Positions 9,757 to 18,658 of a stretch of 64,000 bases of DNA are shown here, in pieces. Position 1 is the first letter of the stretch. Each line of letters opens with the position of its first letter. The stretch is from NCBI GenBank assembly GCA_038045945.1, contig JBBSXC010000001.1, forward strand, positions 52,592 to 116,591, written 5' to 3'. Origin of the DNA: Nanobdellota archaeon. Its GTDB lineage: Archaea > Nanobdellota > Nanobdellia > Pacearchaeales > GW2011-AR1. The notes under the pieces were generated by a model. It did no database searches and was not told the DNA's origin. It was given only the letters and a program-made list of their open reading frames with translations. Position numbers and translations under genes: made by a program.

Positions 9757-10827
9757 ATGATGTTAGCTGGTACATTCTCAAATACTGATATAAGAAAAGC
9801 CATAAGTAGCGGGGAGATTATTTCTAGAGCTGAAATAAGTGATGTTCAAGTTCAGCCTTCTTCTCTTGATTTAACTATTGGTAGAAAAATTTGGTGTTTA
9901 CCTTACTCTTCAATACCTCAGGGGAGAATAGAGGATTACTTGGATGGGAAGAAGTCTGATGTTGAAGATAAAGACGAGACTTATTTGCATAAGAGAGTTT
10001 TATACGTTGCTGAAATAAATGAGGAGTTAAGATTACCTGGCGATGTTGAAGGAAAATCTGAGCCTAAGAGTTCAACTGGTAGGATTGATGTTCATGTAAG
10101 GCTTCTTACGCAGGGCGGACAAGCTTATGATCAGGTGAGACCTGGTTATAATGGAAAATTGTTTTTAGAAATTTTTTCTAAAACTTTTGATTTAAAAATA
10201 AAGTCTGGCACTTCTCTTAACCAGTTAAGATTATCTGATAATGGTTGCGAATTTTTGAGTAAGTCTAGGCTTGAGGAGTTATGCACTGATCAGAGAGTTA
10301 TTTTTACCGGCGATGGTAAGGCTATTAGCCCTGATGAATTTTTGGAGGATGATTCTATATCTATGACTCTTGATCTTAGTGGTGATAATCCTGGCTATAT
10401 TGGTAGGGATGATGCTCCCCCTCTTGATCTTTCTCGCTTCGATCATGGTTTACTTAAATATTTTGATGTTCCTAAAGTTTTTGATGAGGGTCTTGTTACT
10501 AGGCCTGGTGCTTTTTATTTGCTTAGGTCTAGGGAGAGGGTTAGGATTCCTCGCAGGTATGGTGGTGAAATGGTTAGTATGGAAACAAATCTTGGTGAGT
10601 TTAGGGCTCATTATGCTGGTTTTTTTGATCCTGGCTTTAATGCTCGTGCGGTTTTAGAGGTTAGGAATATTGGTGGTTCTCCTTTCTTGTTAAGGCATGG
10701 TCAAAGGATTGCTAACCTCAAACTTTTAAGGTTGAAGACTAAGCCTTCAATAATTTATGGTAGGGGCATTGGTAGTAATTATCAGGGTCAGCAATTAAAC
10801 CCCGGTAAATATTTTAAAGCAATTTAG
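9757..10827 (+). CDS. dCTP deaminase family protein, long (two-domain) form
   Basis: N-terminal DIRKAI..VQPSSLDLTIG resembles Dcd (..VDVRLG); 356 aa fits long DCD family. Confidence 0.6.
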   Translation: MMLAGTFSNTDIRKAISSGEIISRAEISDVQVQPSSLDLTIGRKIWCLPYSSIPQGRIEDYLDGKKSDVEDKDETYLHKRVLYVAEINEELRLPGDVEGKSEPKSSTGRIDVHVRLLTQGGQAYDQVRPGYNGKLFLEIFSKTFDLKIKSGTSLNQLRLSDNGCEFLSKSRLEELCTDQRVIFTGDGKAISPDEFLEDDSISMTLDLSGDNPGYIGRDDAPPLDLSRFDHGLLKYFDVPKVFDEGLVTRPGAFYLLRSRERVRIPRRYGGEMVSMETNLGEFRAHYAGFFDPGFNARAVLEVRNIGGSPFLLRHGQRIANLKLLRLKTKPSIIYGRGIGSNYQGQQLNPGKYFKAI

Positions 10828-10872
10828 ATATTTGGAGTGTAGGTTTATTAATTTGTAAATCTCTGTTATAAT

Positions 10873-11142
10873 ATGTCAAAAAAAGAAATCTCTACTGGTG
10901 TAGTTCATGGTGTGCCTGATGATTTGCGTAAGACTCTTGCTTCTTCTTCGCATGCTCTAAAATCTTGGGAGAGTCTTACTCCTCTTGCTCGTAATGAGTG
11001 GATTTGTTGGGTTGAGTCTGTTAAAAAGGTTGAGACTAGGAATGATCATCTTAGAAGGCTTCTTCAGGATCTTATTAATGGTAAGCGTCGTCCTTGTTGT
11101 TGGGCTGGTTGTATTCATCGATTTAAAAATAAGAGAAATTAG
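10873..11142 (+). CDS. YdeI/OmpD-associated family protein
   Basis: LARNEWICWVESVKKVETR motif typical of YdeI-like domain. Confidence 0.5.
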   Translation: MSKKEISTGVVHGVPDDLRKTLASSSHALKSWESLTPLARNEWICWVESVKKVETRNDHLRRLLQDLINGKRRPCCWAGCIHRFKNKRN

Positions 11143-11155
11143 CCATATTTACAAA

Positions 11156-11167
11156 ACGCCCCCACCG
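11156..11167. repeat. 12-13 nt fragment identical to tRNA-Glu 3' end (acgcccccaccg)
   Basis: exact match to reverse complement of the 3' acceptor/T-stem of both tRNA-Glu genes; isolated GC-rich island in AT-rich spacer. Confidence 0.4.
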
Positions 11168-11205
11168 CCGAAGGAGTCATCAATGCATCAAGCAGGGATA
11201 TAAAA

Positions 11206-11424
11206 TTAAGTTTTCTTCTTATCAGAAATTTTTCTTATCCATTGTACATCAATTAATATTATTAAAAATGCTATGCCTATCTTTAACCACCATACTCCCT
11301 TAAAACCTTCCAGTAAATCTTGTATCCCTAGGGCTCCTAAACCGCCAGCAGCCATTATTAAGAACTCATCAAAAAGTGTCTGATCCATTTTACTATAAAC
11401 TACAATCTCTCTCTTTTTTACCAT
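11206..11424 (-). CDS. small membrane protein
   Basis: 72 aa, two hydrophobic segments. Confidence 0.35.
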   Translation of the reverse strand: MVKKREIVVYSKMDQTLFDEFLIMAAGGLGALGIQDLLEGFKGVWWLKIGIAFLIILIDVQWIRKISDKKKT

Positions 11425-11529
11425 ACCTAATGATTAATATCTTAGTTTATAATAATTATCGAGATAGAATATATCAGAGAAAGCTAAATAAACTAATTAA
11501 AACTGATAATCTAATAAAAAGGTGATAAA

Positions 11530-12279
11530 ATGAGTATCCCAAAATTTAAAGATAAACATCTCTACGACTCTATGGTTAATCCCGCTAATGCTATGAGCAT
11601 TATTAACAAAAAATTCAAGAATCTTCCCAAAAAGTATCTCTTTGTTTATGAAAAGTTCGCACTTCGATATTTTTTAAGAAAGTATAAGCCTAAGAAATTG
11701 GTTCTTTCAGGGAGAATGACTATTTATCTGCATAAAGATATCGGTTTTGTTAGAATGGAAGGTATCGGTGCTCCTTACACTGTGGGTTTCATGGAAAACC
11801 TAATTGGTCTTGGAGGGAAGGTCTTCCTCAATATTGGCTTTGCTGGAGGACTTCATAAAGAGGGAATTATCCTTTGTAAAAAATCTTTAAGGGATGAAGG
11901 AACTAGCCATCACTATATCCCTCATGGAGATTATGCTCATCCAGATGAAGAATTAACAAAAAAGCTTGCTAATTTTCTTGATAAGAACAAGGTAGAATAT
12001 TCTGCTGGAGACTCCTGGACTACAGACTCTTACTTTAGAGAAACTAAAGAAGAAGTTGCAAAGTATTCTAAAGAAGGAATAATAGCTGTAGAAATGGAAA
12101 GCTCTGCCTTGTTTACGGTTGGTAAATTCAGAAACGTAAAAGTAGCATCAGCTTTTGTTGTTAGCGATATCTTAAGAGACAAGTGGGAACAAAAAGCTGA
12201 ACACTATAATGTTAAGGGCGGTCTAAAGAAATTAGTTGATCTGGGAATAAAGTTTTTAGGAAATAACGGAGTTAAATGA
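11530..12279 (+). CDS. nucleoside phosphorylase family 1 (PNP/UDP/MTAP-like)
   Basis: GIIAVEMESSALF motif characteristic of PNP_UDP_1 family; 249 aa. Confidence 0.75.
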   Translation: MSIPKFKDKHLYDSMVNPANAMSIINKKFKNLPKKYLFVYEKFALRYFLRKYKPKKLVLSGRMTIYLHKDIGFVRMEGIGAPYTVGFMENLIGLGGKVFLNIGFAGGLHKEGIILCKKSLRDEGTSHHYIPHGDYAHPDEELTKKLANFLDKNKVEYSAGDSWTTDSYFRETKEEVAKYSKEGIIAVEMESSALFTVGKFRNVKVASAFVVSDILRDKWEQKAEHYNVKGGLKKLVDLGIKFLGNNGVK

Positions 12280-12282
12280 ATA

Positions 12283-12540
12283 ATGGCTAGAGACAGAGGA
12301 ATAGAACACGCAGACAGGCAATTTGATCTGATCAAACTGATAAATGATAAGCTCAAACATAAGAGGAAGATAAGAATTCTCGATGCTGGTTGCGGTCATG
12401 GAGTAGCTATGATAGAAATAGCAAAAAAGTTTGGAGATAAAGTTGAGATTCATGGATTTTTAGACAATCCTGCTGTTGGAAATCCAAAAATAATTCGTGA
12501 AGAGTTTCTTCAGTTACTCTGGTTATGTCATCAATTTTGT
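12283..12540 (+). pseudogene. truncated class I SAM methyltransferase (N-terminal fragment only)
   Basis: IRILDAGCGHGVAMIEIAKKFGDKVEIHGFLD motif I/post-I, then frame decays into low-complexity and overlaps an opposite-strand ORF. Confidence 0.45.
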
Positions 12541-12778
12541 AAACTTCTGTTATTTTTCTCATTATCCAAGCAATCCTTGAACGAATATTGTTTAACCTTA
12601 CAAATCCTCTTGGTCCTTTCTGAGAATTCGATGCCACATTAAGACCCATCTCCATATCAGAAACATAACGCAACAATATATCAGAGTTCTGAGTGCTTAA
12701 ACCAGGAATGCCTTCTCTGGTCTTTTTCTTCCAATTCTCATACTGTTCCTTATGTTTGTAGGGGTCTATTTTTACCAT
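12407..12778 (-). CDS. hypothetical protein; possibly N-terminal fragment of a recombinase/integrase-like protein
   Basis: 123 aa; helical N-terminal domain; assignment weak. Confidence 0.25.
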   Translation of the reverse strand: MVKIDPYKHKEQYENWKKKTREGIPGLSTQNSDILLRYVSDMEMGLNVASNSQKGPRGFVRLNNIRSRIAWIMRKITEVYKIDDITRVTEETLHELFLDFQQQDCLKIHESQLYLQTFLLFLS

Positions 12779-12921
12779 TTTTTGTTTTTTATACGCTCCG
12801 CTAAGTTTTAACCTAAAAGAGCGTTGAAGTCACATGGACTATTAAGTTTAAAAGTCTTGTCGCAAAACAATATATCCGTTCAGAAGCATGGAGTCACGCA
12901 AGAATAAAAGTTTAAAGCCCT

Positions 12922-13716
12922 CTACTTTTCTTGGTTTGATGTGAGGACTTTGCCTAAAGATTTCTTAACTATGTAATCTGAACCTAAACTGCCGGCTAAA
13001 AATGCTATTATAGCCCATATCAGATTATCTTTAAACGCCTCTAAAGAAACTTGGTATCGGTCATAAAGAAAGTAAACTAAAGCTCCGCATATAATTATTC
13101 TTAGAATCCATTTCCAGATATTTCTCCAGTTTATATTTGGTAAATGAAATCTTATTGTTATATCCTTTTGTAAAAATGGCTTTAATTTCGGATATTTTTC
13201 TGATAGGCTATCAAAAAACCTATAAAACATCAGAGAAACTATTCTACTAAAGAACGCAATTGATAGCCCTATAAACATAAAAGAAACTAACATCACTATC
13301 AAAGCCCATCCGATATTTCCTTTTTTTATAAGCATTAAAGTTAGGTTAAAAGCTAACAATGAGAATACGCTATAAAAAAATGTATTCTCTATAGTGTAAA
13401 GCCGATAGTTATAAGCGATTTCTATTGGTAAAATCTTTAGAAACTCTTGATAGTCTTTTTCCCTAAGTTTTTTTAATTCTTTGTTAAGGTGTTTTTTACC
13501 TTCTTCGGTTATAAAAAACATTAGACCCCAATCCTCTTGAGATTCAGCTATATACTTGTCTTTTTGTAGTAAATCTTGAATACTTAATGTAACATGTTTA
13601 TTAATCTCTGGATATCTTGTTGTCTTACCCCAAATTTCAGACCAATTTGTTCCGCCTCTCTTAGAATAATAGTTTACTAAAAGAAGTACCAATAGCTTAA
13701 CTTTTTCTTTATCCAT
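12922..13716 (-). CDS. integral membrane protein
   Basis: multiple hydrophobic helices in C-terminal half. Confidence 0.5.
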   Translation of the reverse strand: MDKEKVKLLVLLLVNYYSKRGGTNWSEIWGKTTRYPEINKHVTLSIQDLLQKDKYIAESQEDWGLMFFITEEGKKHLNKELKKLREKDYQEFLKILPIEIAYNYRLYTIENTFFYSVFSLLAFNLTLMLIKKGNIGWALIVMLVSFMFIGLSIAFFSRIVSLMFYRFFDSLSEKYPKLKPFLQKDITIRFHLPNINWRNIWKWILRIIICGALVYFLYDRYQVSLEAFKDNLIWAIIAFLAGSLGSDYIVKKSLGKVLTSNQEK

Positions 13717-13740
13717 GTTCTTTAGTTTTATAAGGAAAAT

Positions 13741-14391
13741 TTATTTTTTCTCTTTTGTTATTGAATCGCTTATTATTTTTATTATTCCTAAAATCGCTGG
13801 TGAGATAAGAGCTACTGCGGTTATATGTGTTTGGAAAAAAATCAATGTTAAGGCGATTATAACAATCCAAACTATACTGCCTATCAAATAGTATCTTGCA
13901 CTACTTGATAACCTGTAGAATAAATCCTTTTTATCTATAGCCAGAGTTATTGCAGTGTTAATTATATTGGATGTGATAAAAATAGCCATAATACTTAGTA
14001 TAAATCCTGCGATAAATATTTGTAGTGGTGTGATTGTTCCTACTAGGAGCTTGGGTAGAATTGCTGGAACTTTATCTAATACTATGAACCATAATATTGT
14101 TATCAAGACGTAAATTACTCCTATTGGACTAGCTTTCCAGTGTTTTATTCTTTCTTTCATAAACTTTTTATGTCTAGAAGGATAATAAATTTCAAAAGAA
14201 ATTTTATCTTCTATTATGTCTTTATCTTCTTTAAGTTCTTCAATTATCTCATCTATTTCTCCTTCAGAATATTTTTTGCTAAAGCTTTCTTTTATCTTTT
14301 TGTCTGTTAAATTTATCAAATCTTTTGATTTTGTTACTTTTTCTATATAGCTAAAAACTTCTTTCTTCTTTTCCTGTTTTATTTTAGTCAT
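13741..14391 (-). CDS. integral membrane protein
   Basis: N-terminal charged region then 4 TM helices. Confidence 0.5.
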   Translation of the reverse strand: MTKIKQEKKKEVFSYIEKVTKSKDLINLTDKKIKESFSKKYSEGEIDEIIEELKEDKDIIEDKISFEIYYPSRHKKFMKERIKHWKASPIGVIYVLITILWFIVLDKVPAILPKLLVGTITPLQIFIAGFILSIMAIFITSNIINTAITLAIDKKDLFYRLSSSARYYLIGSIVWIVIIALTLIFFQTHITAVALISPAILGIIKIISDSITKEKK

Positions 14392-14392
14392 T

Positions 14393-14656
14393 TTAGCTTA
14401 AATCTGAAAGCTGTTTTTTAAAATAATAAACTAGGGCAGCTAATAATCCCCCTGAAAATATAATCCATCTAAAAAGTTCGTTAGCTCCTACAAATTGTGT
14501 AATTATTACTGAAACAACATAAAGCCCTAGTAAAAATAAGACCGGTAAAATTATGAATCTAAAAACTGCATTATTGTATGCATCCTCAATATCGAATCTA
14601 GCCATAAAAACATATAATCCTCTTGATTTTAAACCTTTTTGTATCATCTTATACAC
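14393..14656 (-). CDS. small membrane protein
   Basis: 87 aa, 2 TM helices. Confidence 0.4.
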   Translation of the reverse strand: MYKMIQKGLKSRGLYVFMARFDIEDAYNNAVFRFIILPVLFLLGLYVVSVIITQFVGANELFRWIIFSGGLLAALVYYFKKQLSDLS

Positions 14657-14693
14657 TTAGTTTAAATGAGATAAATAGCTCAAATTAAAATTC

Positions 14694-14735
14694 ATATCCC
14701 TGAAAGATGCACTGATAGATTCACGCCACAACCGG
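14694..14735. repeat. att-like partial copy of tRNA-Glu(CTC) 3' end plus downstream flank (direct repeat, copy A)
   Basis: about 42 nt, 36 identical, versus 16814..16855, which spans the 3' end of the intact tRNA-Glu gene. Confidence 0.6.
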
Positions 14736-14775
14736 CAAGTTGCCTATTTTGTGATTTTAAGGGGCGTACTTTTTA

Positions 14776-15531
14776 TCATTTTTTAGCCAAACCCCATAGT
14801 AGTCTAGCATATGTTTTAAAAGAATCTGCAACATCTTGGTTTTGTATAACTACGGAAAATGACTTCCCCTTATTAATACCGATAGTAATAGTGTCAGCAT
14901 ATATCTCCATCCACGCATGAGTGATTAACTCTTTTGGCATATAACGAACCTCACTTAATGGATAAGAAGCAGATTCTTTACCAAAAGGATACCGAGCATA
15001 ATCATTATACAGATAATAACATTTAATTCCCTTTTTGTATCGGCGTTTGTGATAGTCTGAAAAGTATGGAGTTAGCTTATCATAAGGAGTTCTTGCAATT
15101 CCTATAATCCACATTTCATCACCTTTTTTCATAATATTTAGGGTTCTTTCTCTAGCCGTTTGAATGCCCTTTAGTCCATCATAAACTTGGGCTGTCTCAG
15201 AAGTAAGAGCTGTTTTGTGCTTAGATTCTAACTGAGGAATAATCTCTTGAAGTTCATGTTCTTGTTGTTTAAGTCTGTCTTGCTTTTCTTTATTGTATAC
15301 TAAGAGTCTTTCGGGGTTAGTGGCTTTGAAACGTTTAATATCGTCCTTGATAATATGAGAAACAAGACCTTTCTTAGCTAAACGACTTAAAATTTGGTAC
15401 ACTTTAGAGAGAGAAACTCCAGATTCTTCAACAATCGGTCCAGAGGTGACTTCTCCTAGGCCTATAAGAGCAAGGTAAACTTTTATTTCTCCCGAAGTAA
15501 GACCTAATTCACGTAATGGTTCGATATTCAT
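14776..15531 (-). CDS. TrmB-family wHTH transcriptional regulator
   Basis: N-terminal LTSGEIKVYLALIGLGEVTSGPIVEESGVSLSKVYQILSRLAKKGLV. Confidence 0.55.
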   Translation of the reverse strand: MNIEPLRELGLTSGEIKVYLALIGLGEVTSGPIVEESGVSLSKVYQILSRLAKKGLVSHIIKDDIKRFKATNPERLLVYNKEKQDRLKQQEHELQEIIPQLESKHKTALTSETAQVYDGLKGIQTARERTLNIMKKGDEMWIIGIARTPYDKLTPYFSDYHKRRYKKGIKCYYLYNDYARYPFGKESASYPLSEVRYMPKELITHAWMEIYADTITIGINKGKSFSVVIQNQDVADSFKTYARLLWGLAKK

Positions 15532-15597
15532 TATACCCCACTAAGGGGGAAATAGTATTTATATATTTAGTATCTCCTTATAGTAGTAAATAATAAC

Positions 15598-16800
15598 ATG
15601 AAACAGCAAATCATAAAACTCCTAGACCCAAGGGAAGTGCAAGAGGAGTTCAATTTAAGGGCGAGAAAGAGAAAAGGTATAGCCAAGGTGCTCTCAAATC
15701 GTTTCTCAAATTACATTAATGAAAAGTTTGACAGTGATGTGAAAACTCTCCTCAATAAGCACTTCAAAGAATCCCATTTTAAGAATGTTCTAGAAGTAGG
15801 AGTCGGGATAGGAAGAATAGCCCCATTCTTTATAGAAAGATCAGAAACGTTCTACGGAGTGGATTTTTCTGAAGGTATGCTTAATGAAGCTTCAAAAAAC
15901 CTTTCTCCTCATAAAAATATAGAATTAATCTATGGAGATGCTTCAGAGTTAGAATTCAAAAAGGGATTTTTTGACCTTGGAATACTCAGCCTTATACTTA
16001 AGCATAACAATGATAAGCAGACAAGAAAGATTATCAAAAATATGAAAAAATGGTGTAAAAAAATACTTCTTATAGAACATGTAATCGGAGGGGCTCTTGG
16101 AAGTAAAATAGCAGTTATAAGAACTTTTGATTGGTATAAAAGAGAGTTCTTACCAAAAAGAATAACAATTCATGAATCATTTCACAGAGATAAAGATTGC
16201 ATTGTCTTCTGTTTTTTTGAATCATCTTTACAAACTTTTTTACTTATAAGACACGGAGTTGTAGAAGTCCCTCATGAAAATTTCATTTATGGTCAAAGAC
16301 ATAACCCTCCTCTATCTATGAAAGGCAAAAGAGAAATGAGGGAGTTAGCTAGAAAGAAAAGTCTTTTTTTTAATTCTATAGATCAAGTTTATTCTAGTGC
16401 TCTTCATAGGTCACTTGAGACTGCACATCTACTCTTTAGAAATAAGCCTATTATTCAAGATGAAAGACTTAAAGAAATAGATTTTGGTGCTTATAGTGGC
16501 GTAGATATAAGGGATCATCCTAAAGTCTTTTCTTCTAAGTACAAATCTCTACTAAAACATAATCAACCTTTCACTGATGGAGAGAGTATTCTTAGTGTAA
16601 AAAAGAGATTAAACCTGTTTAATAAAGAGATTCTTAAGAGTGGAAAATCTTCTTTTTGCATTGTTTCTCATCAATGGCTTCTAAACTGCTACATGAAGCT
16701 ACTCTTGCATACTAACGAGGAATTTATCTTTGAACAAGGAAAGATAACACAGATTATCTTAGAAGATGGAGAAGTAATTTCCTATAAACACAATGTCTAA
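15598..16800 (+). CDS. fusion protein: class I SAM methyltransferase + histidine phosphatase (phosphoglycerate mutase family)
   Basis: LEVGVGIGRIAP (motif I), VDFSE, FDLGILSLIL; C-terminal LLIRHGVVEVPHEN...ALHRSLETAHLL (RHG motif of branch-1 histidine phosphatases). Confidence 0.7.
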   Translation: MKQQIIKLLDPREVQEEFNLRARKRKGIAKVLSNRFSNYINEKFDSDVKTLLNKHFKESHFKNVLEVGVGIGRIAPFFIERSETFYGVDFSEGMLNEASKNLSPHKNIELIYGDASELEFKKGFFDLGILSLILKHNNDKQTRKIIKNMKKWCKKILLIEHVIGGALGSKIAVIRTFDWYKREFLPKRITIHESFHRDKDCIVFCFFESSLQTFLLIRHGVVEVPHENFIYGQRHNPPLSMKGKREMRELARKKSLFFNSIDQVYSSALHRSLETAHLLFRNKPIIQDERLKEIDFGAYSGVDIRDHPKVFSSKYKSLLKHNQPFTDGESILSVKKRLNLFNKEILKSGKSSFCIVSHQWLLNCYMKLLLHTNEEFIFEQGKITQIILEDGEVISYKHNV

Positions 16801-16813
16801 TGCAGGATAAAAA

Positions 16814-16855
16814 TATCCCCGAAAGATGCACTGATAGGTTCACGCCCCCACCGGG
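16814..16855. repeat. direct repeat copy B (overlaps the 3' end of tRNA-Glu(CTC) and 29 nt of downstream flank)
   Basis: pairs with 14694..14735. Confidence 0.6.
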
Positions 16856-16915
16856 ATTCGAACCCGGGTTACAAGCTTGAGAAGCTTGTGTCCTTGGCCT
16901 CTAGACGATAAGGGC
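16843..16915 (-). tRNA. tRNA-Glu (anticodon CTC)
   Basis: manual fold: acceptor GCCCTTA/TGGGGGC, D-loop AGAGGCCA, anticodon stem CAAGC/GCTTG with loop TTCTCAA, T-arm CCGGG-TTCGAAT-CCCGG. Confidence 0.85.
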
Positions 16916-16925
16916 GTTACTGTGA

Positions 16926-16953
16926 AAGAAGCTTTTTAAGCATTAAAAAGCTT
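16926..16953. promoter_or_regulatory. palindromic A/T-rich element (aagctttttaa-gca-ttaaaaagctt) between divergent tRNA-Glu and a CDS; candidate bidirectional TATA/BRE region
   Basis: 11-bp perfect inverted arms centred between tRNA 5' end (16915) and CDS start (16959). Confidence 0.4.
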
Positions 16954-16958
16954 ATGGG

Positions 16959-17825
16959 ATGATGACTGATGAGGTAATAATTGTTAATAAGGAAGATTTT
17001 GATAAGAAGGTTTTATCAATGAGTAGGGCCGGCTCTGGTAGTTTGCAGATTATTAGTGATTTTGATAAGACTCTTACTAAGAGTGTTAATATTAAGGGAG
17101 ACAAAGTTCCATCAATTATTTCTTGGCTTCGTAGGGGTAAGTACCTGAATGATAATTATTCTGATAAAGCTGAAGCTTTATTTTCTAAGTATCATCCTTA
17201 TGAGTTATCAACTGATATTTCAGATAAGGAAAAGTCTTCTATGATGCATGAGTGGTGGGAGACTCATTTTAGGCTTTTGGCTGATTGTGGTCTTGACACT
17301 TTTACTATAAGGAAGGCAACTCAGGAGATGGTTGATAAGGGAGAATTACTTTTAAGGGATGGAGCAGAAGAATTTTTTGTTCGTTTATGGAAAGCTAAAG
17401 TTCCTTTAGTTATTATTTCTGCCAGTATTGGTGATATTATTAAGGAATATTTAAAGATTAAAAGTTTTCATTTTGATAATGTTCACATAATTGCTAATAT
17501 GTTAAAGTATGATAATAATGGAAAATTCTTGGGCGTTATTGAGCCTATTATCCATAGTATGAATAAGAAGGAGATTGAGATTAAGAATCATTCAGAATAC
17601 AAAAATTTGTCAGGTAAGAATAATATTATTCTTTTGGGTGATGGTTTAGGTGACTTGGGCATGAGCGAAGGTTTACATTACGACAACATTATTAGGGTTG
17701 CTTTTTATAATGATGGTGAATCTGACTCTTTAGATTTGTACAAGAAGTCTTTTGATGTTATTATTAAGGGTGAAGCAAGTTTAGAATATGTTAATGATTT
17801 GATAGAAAAGATAGAGAATAATTAA
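16959..17825 (+). CDS. HAD-superfamily pyrimidine 5'-nucleotidase (cytosolic 5'-nucleotidase III / UMPH-1 family)
   Basis: LQIISDFDKTLT (DxDxT motif I), VIISASIGDII, NIILLGDGLGDLGM; collinear with eukaryotic NT5C3. Confidence 0.8.
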   Translation: MMTDEVIIVNKEDFDKKVLSMSRAGSGSLQIISDFDKTLTKSVNIKGDKVPSIISWLRRGKYLNDNYSDKAEALFSKYHPYELSTDISDKEKSSMMHEWWETHFRLLADCGLDTFTIRKATQEMVDKGELLLRDGAEEFFVRLWKAKVPLVIISASIGDIIKEYLKIKSFHFDNVHIIANMLKYDNNGKFLGVIEPIIHSMNKKEIEIKNHSEYKNLSGKNNIILLGDGLGDLGMSEGLHYDNIIRVAFYNDGESDSLDLYKKSFDVIIKGEASLEYVNDLIEKIENN

Positions 17826-17898
17826 TAGCCCCACCAGGACTCGAACCTGGATTTGCGGCTCCAGAGGCCACTGTACTTACCAATTATACTATAGGGCT
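17826..17898 (-). tRNA. tRNA-Gln (anticodon CTG)
   Basis: acceptor AGCCCTA/TGGGGCT, D-stem GTAT/GTAC, anticodon stem GTGGC/GCCGC with loop CTCTGGA, T-arm CCAGG-TTCGAGT-CCTGG. Confidence 0.8.
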
Positions 17899-17998
17899 AT
17901 TGAGATATTGATTCTTTTAGCGCTTTTAAAATTATCTGCTAGGAAAATATATTTAAAGTGGTAAATTCATTGTTTTCTTATAAAGAGATGAATAATTA

Positions 17999-18328
17999 AT
18001 GGCTAGTCCTATAATAATAATGATTGGTATCCTTTTAGTGTTGTGGATACTTGTTAAGTTTAAGGAGATGAGGCACAGATTTTTAGGCACTATTCTTCTA
18101 CTGCTTATACTTTCTTTGTTCCTTTCTGCTACTTATGTTATTAATAAGGAAAATATTGATTTGAAGAGTGGTGATGGTCTTAGTAAGTTTACTAAGTATT
18201 ATGTTTTTTGGTTAGGTAACATTTTTTCTAATGCTAAGCAAATAACTGGTAGTGTTATTAATCAGGATTGGGCTTTAAATAATACTAATCTTGAGTTGCC
18301 AAAGATGGGTAATAGTACTGCACAATGA
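17999..18328 (+). CDS. small membrane/secreted protein
   Basis: N-terminal TM helices. Confidence 0.4.
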   Translation: MASPIIIMIGILLVLWILVKFKEMRHRFLGTILLLLILSLFLSATYVINKENIDLKSGDGLSKFTKYYVFWLGNIFSNAKQITGSVINQDWALNNTNLELPKMGNSTAQ

Positions 18329-18582
18329 GGTTTTTTACTATAATCATTGTTTTTTTGCTTGTTGGTGTTTTCTTTATTATTTCTGAGAAGGGCCTTAATG
18401 TTGCTTCTTCTTCTGACTTGAAAATTCTTAAGAGTGATTATTCTTCATGGCTCTTGACTACTGCTAAGAATTCTGCTTTTTTTGTTGGTCAGGCAATAAA
18501 GATGGAATGGTTGCCTGAAACTAATATGTCCGATTCATCATTAGGGATCATTGAGAGTAACGATAGTAATAAGAGTGAATAA
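18325..18582 (+). CDS. small membrane/secreted protein
   Basis: N-terminal hydrophobic segment; start overlaps previous stop. Confidence 0.4.
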   Translation: MRFFTIIIVFLLVGVFFIISEKGLNVASSSDLKILKSDYSSWLLTTAKNSAFFVGQAIKMEWLPETNMSDSSLGIIESNDSNKSE

Positions 18583-18658
18583 TTAGTTTTTTCTCTTAAT
18601 GGAACAAGTTTTTTTTCTTTAGCTTAATTTTATAAACCTCTCTGGACTTGTTTACTTT

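Noticed and set aside
12407-12778. Integrase call for the 123-aa ORF
   Set aside because: It has only a vague N-terminal helical resemblance. No catalytic R..HxxR..Y region is present and the ORF is too short. It is kept as hypothetical with a low-confidence note rather than annotated as an integrase.
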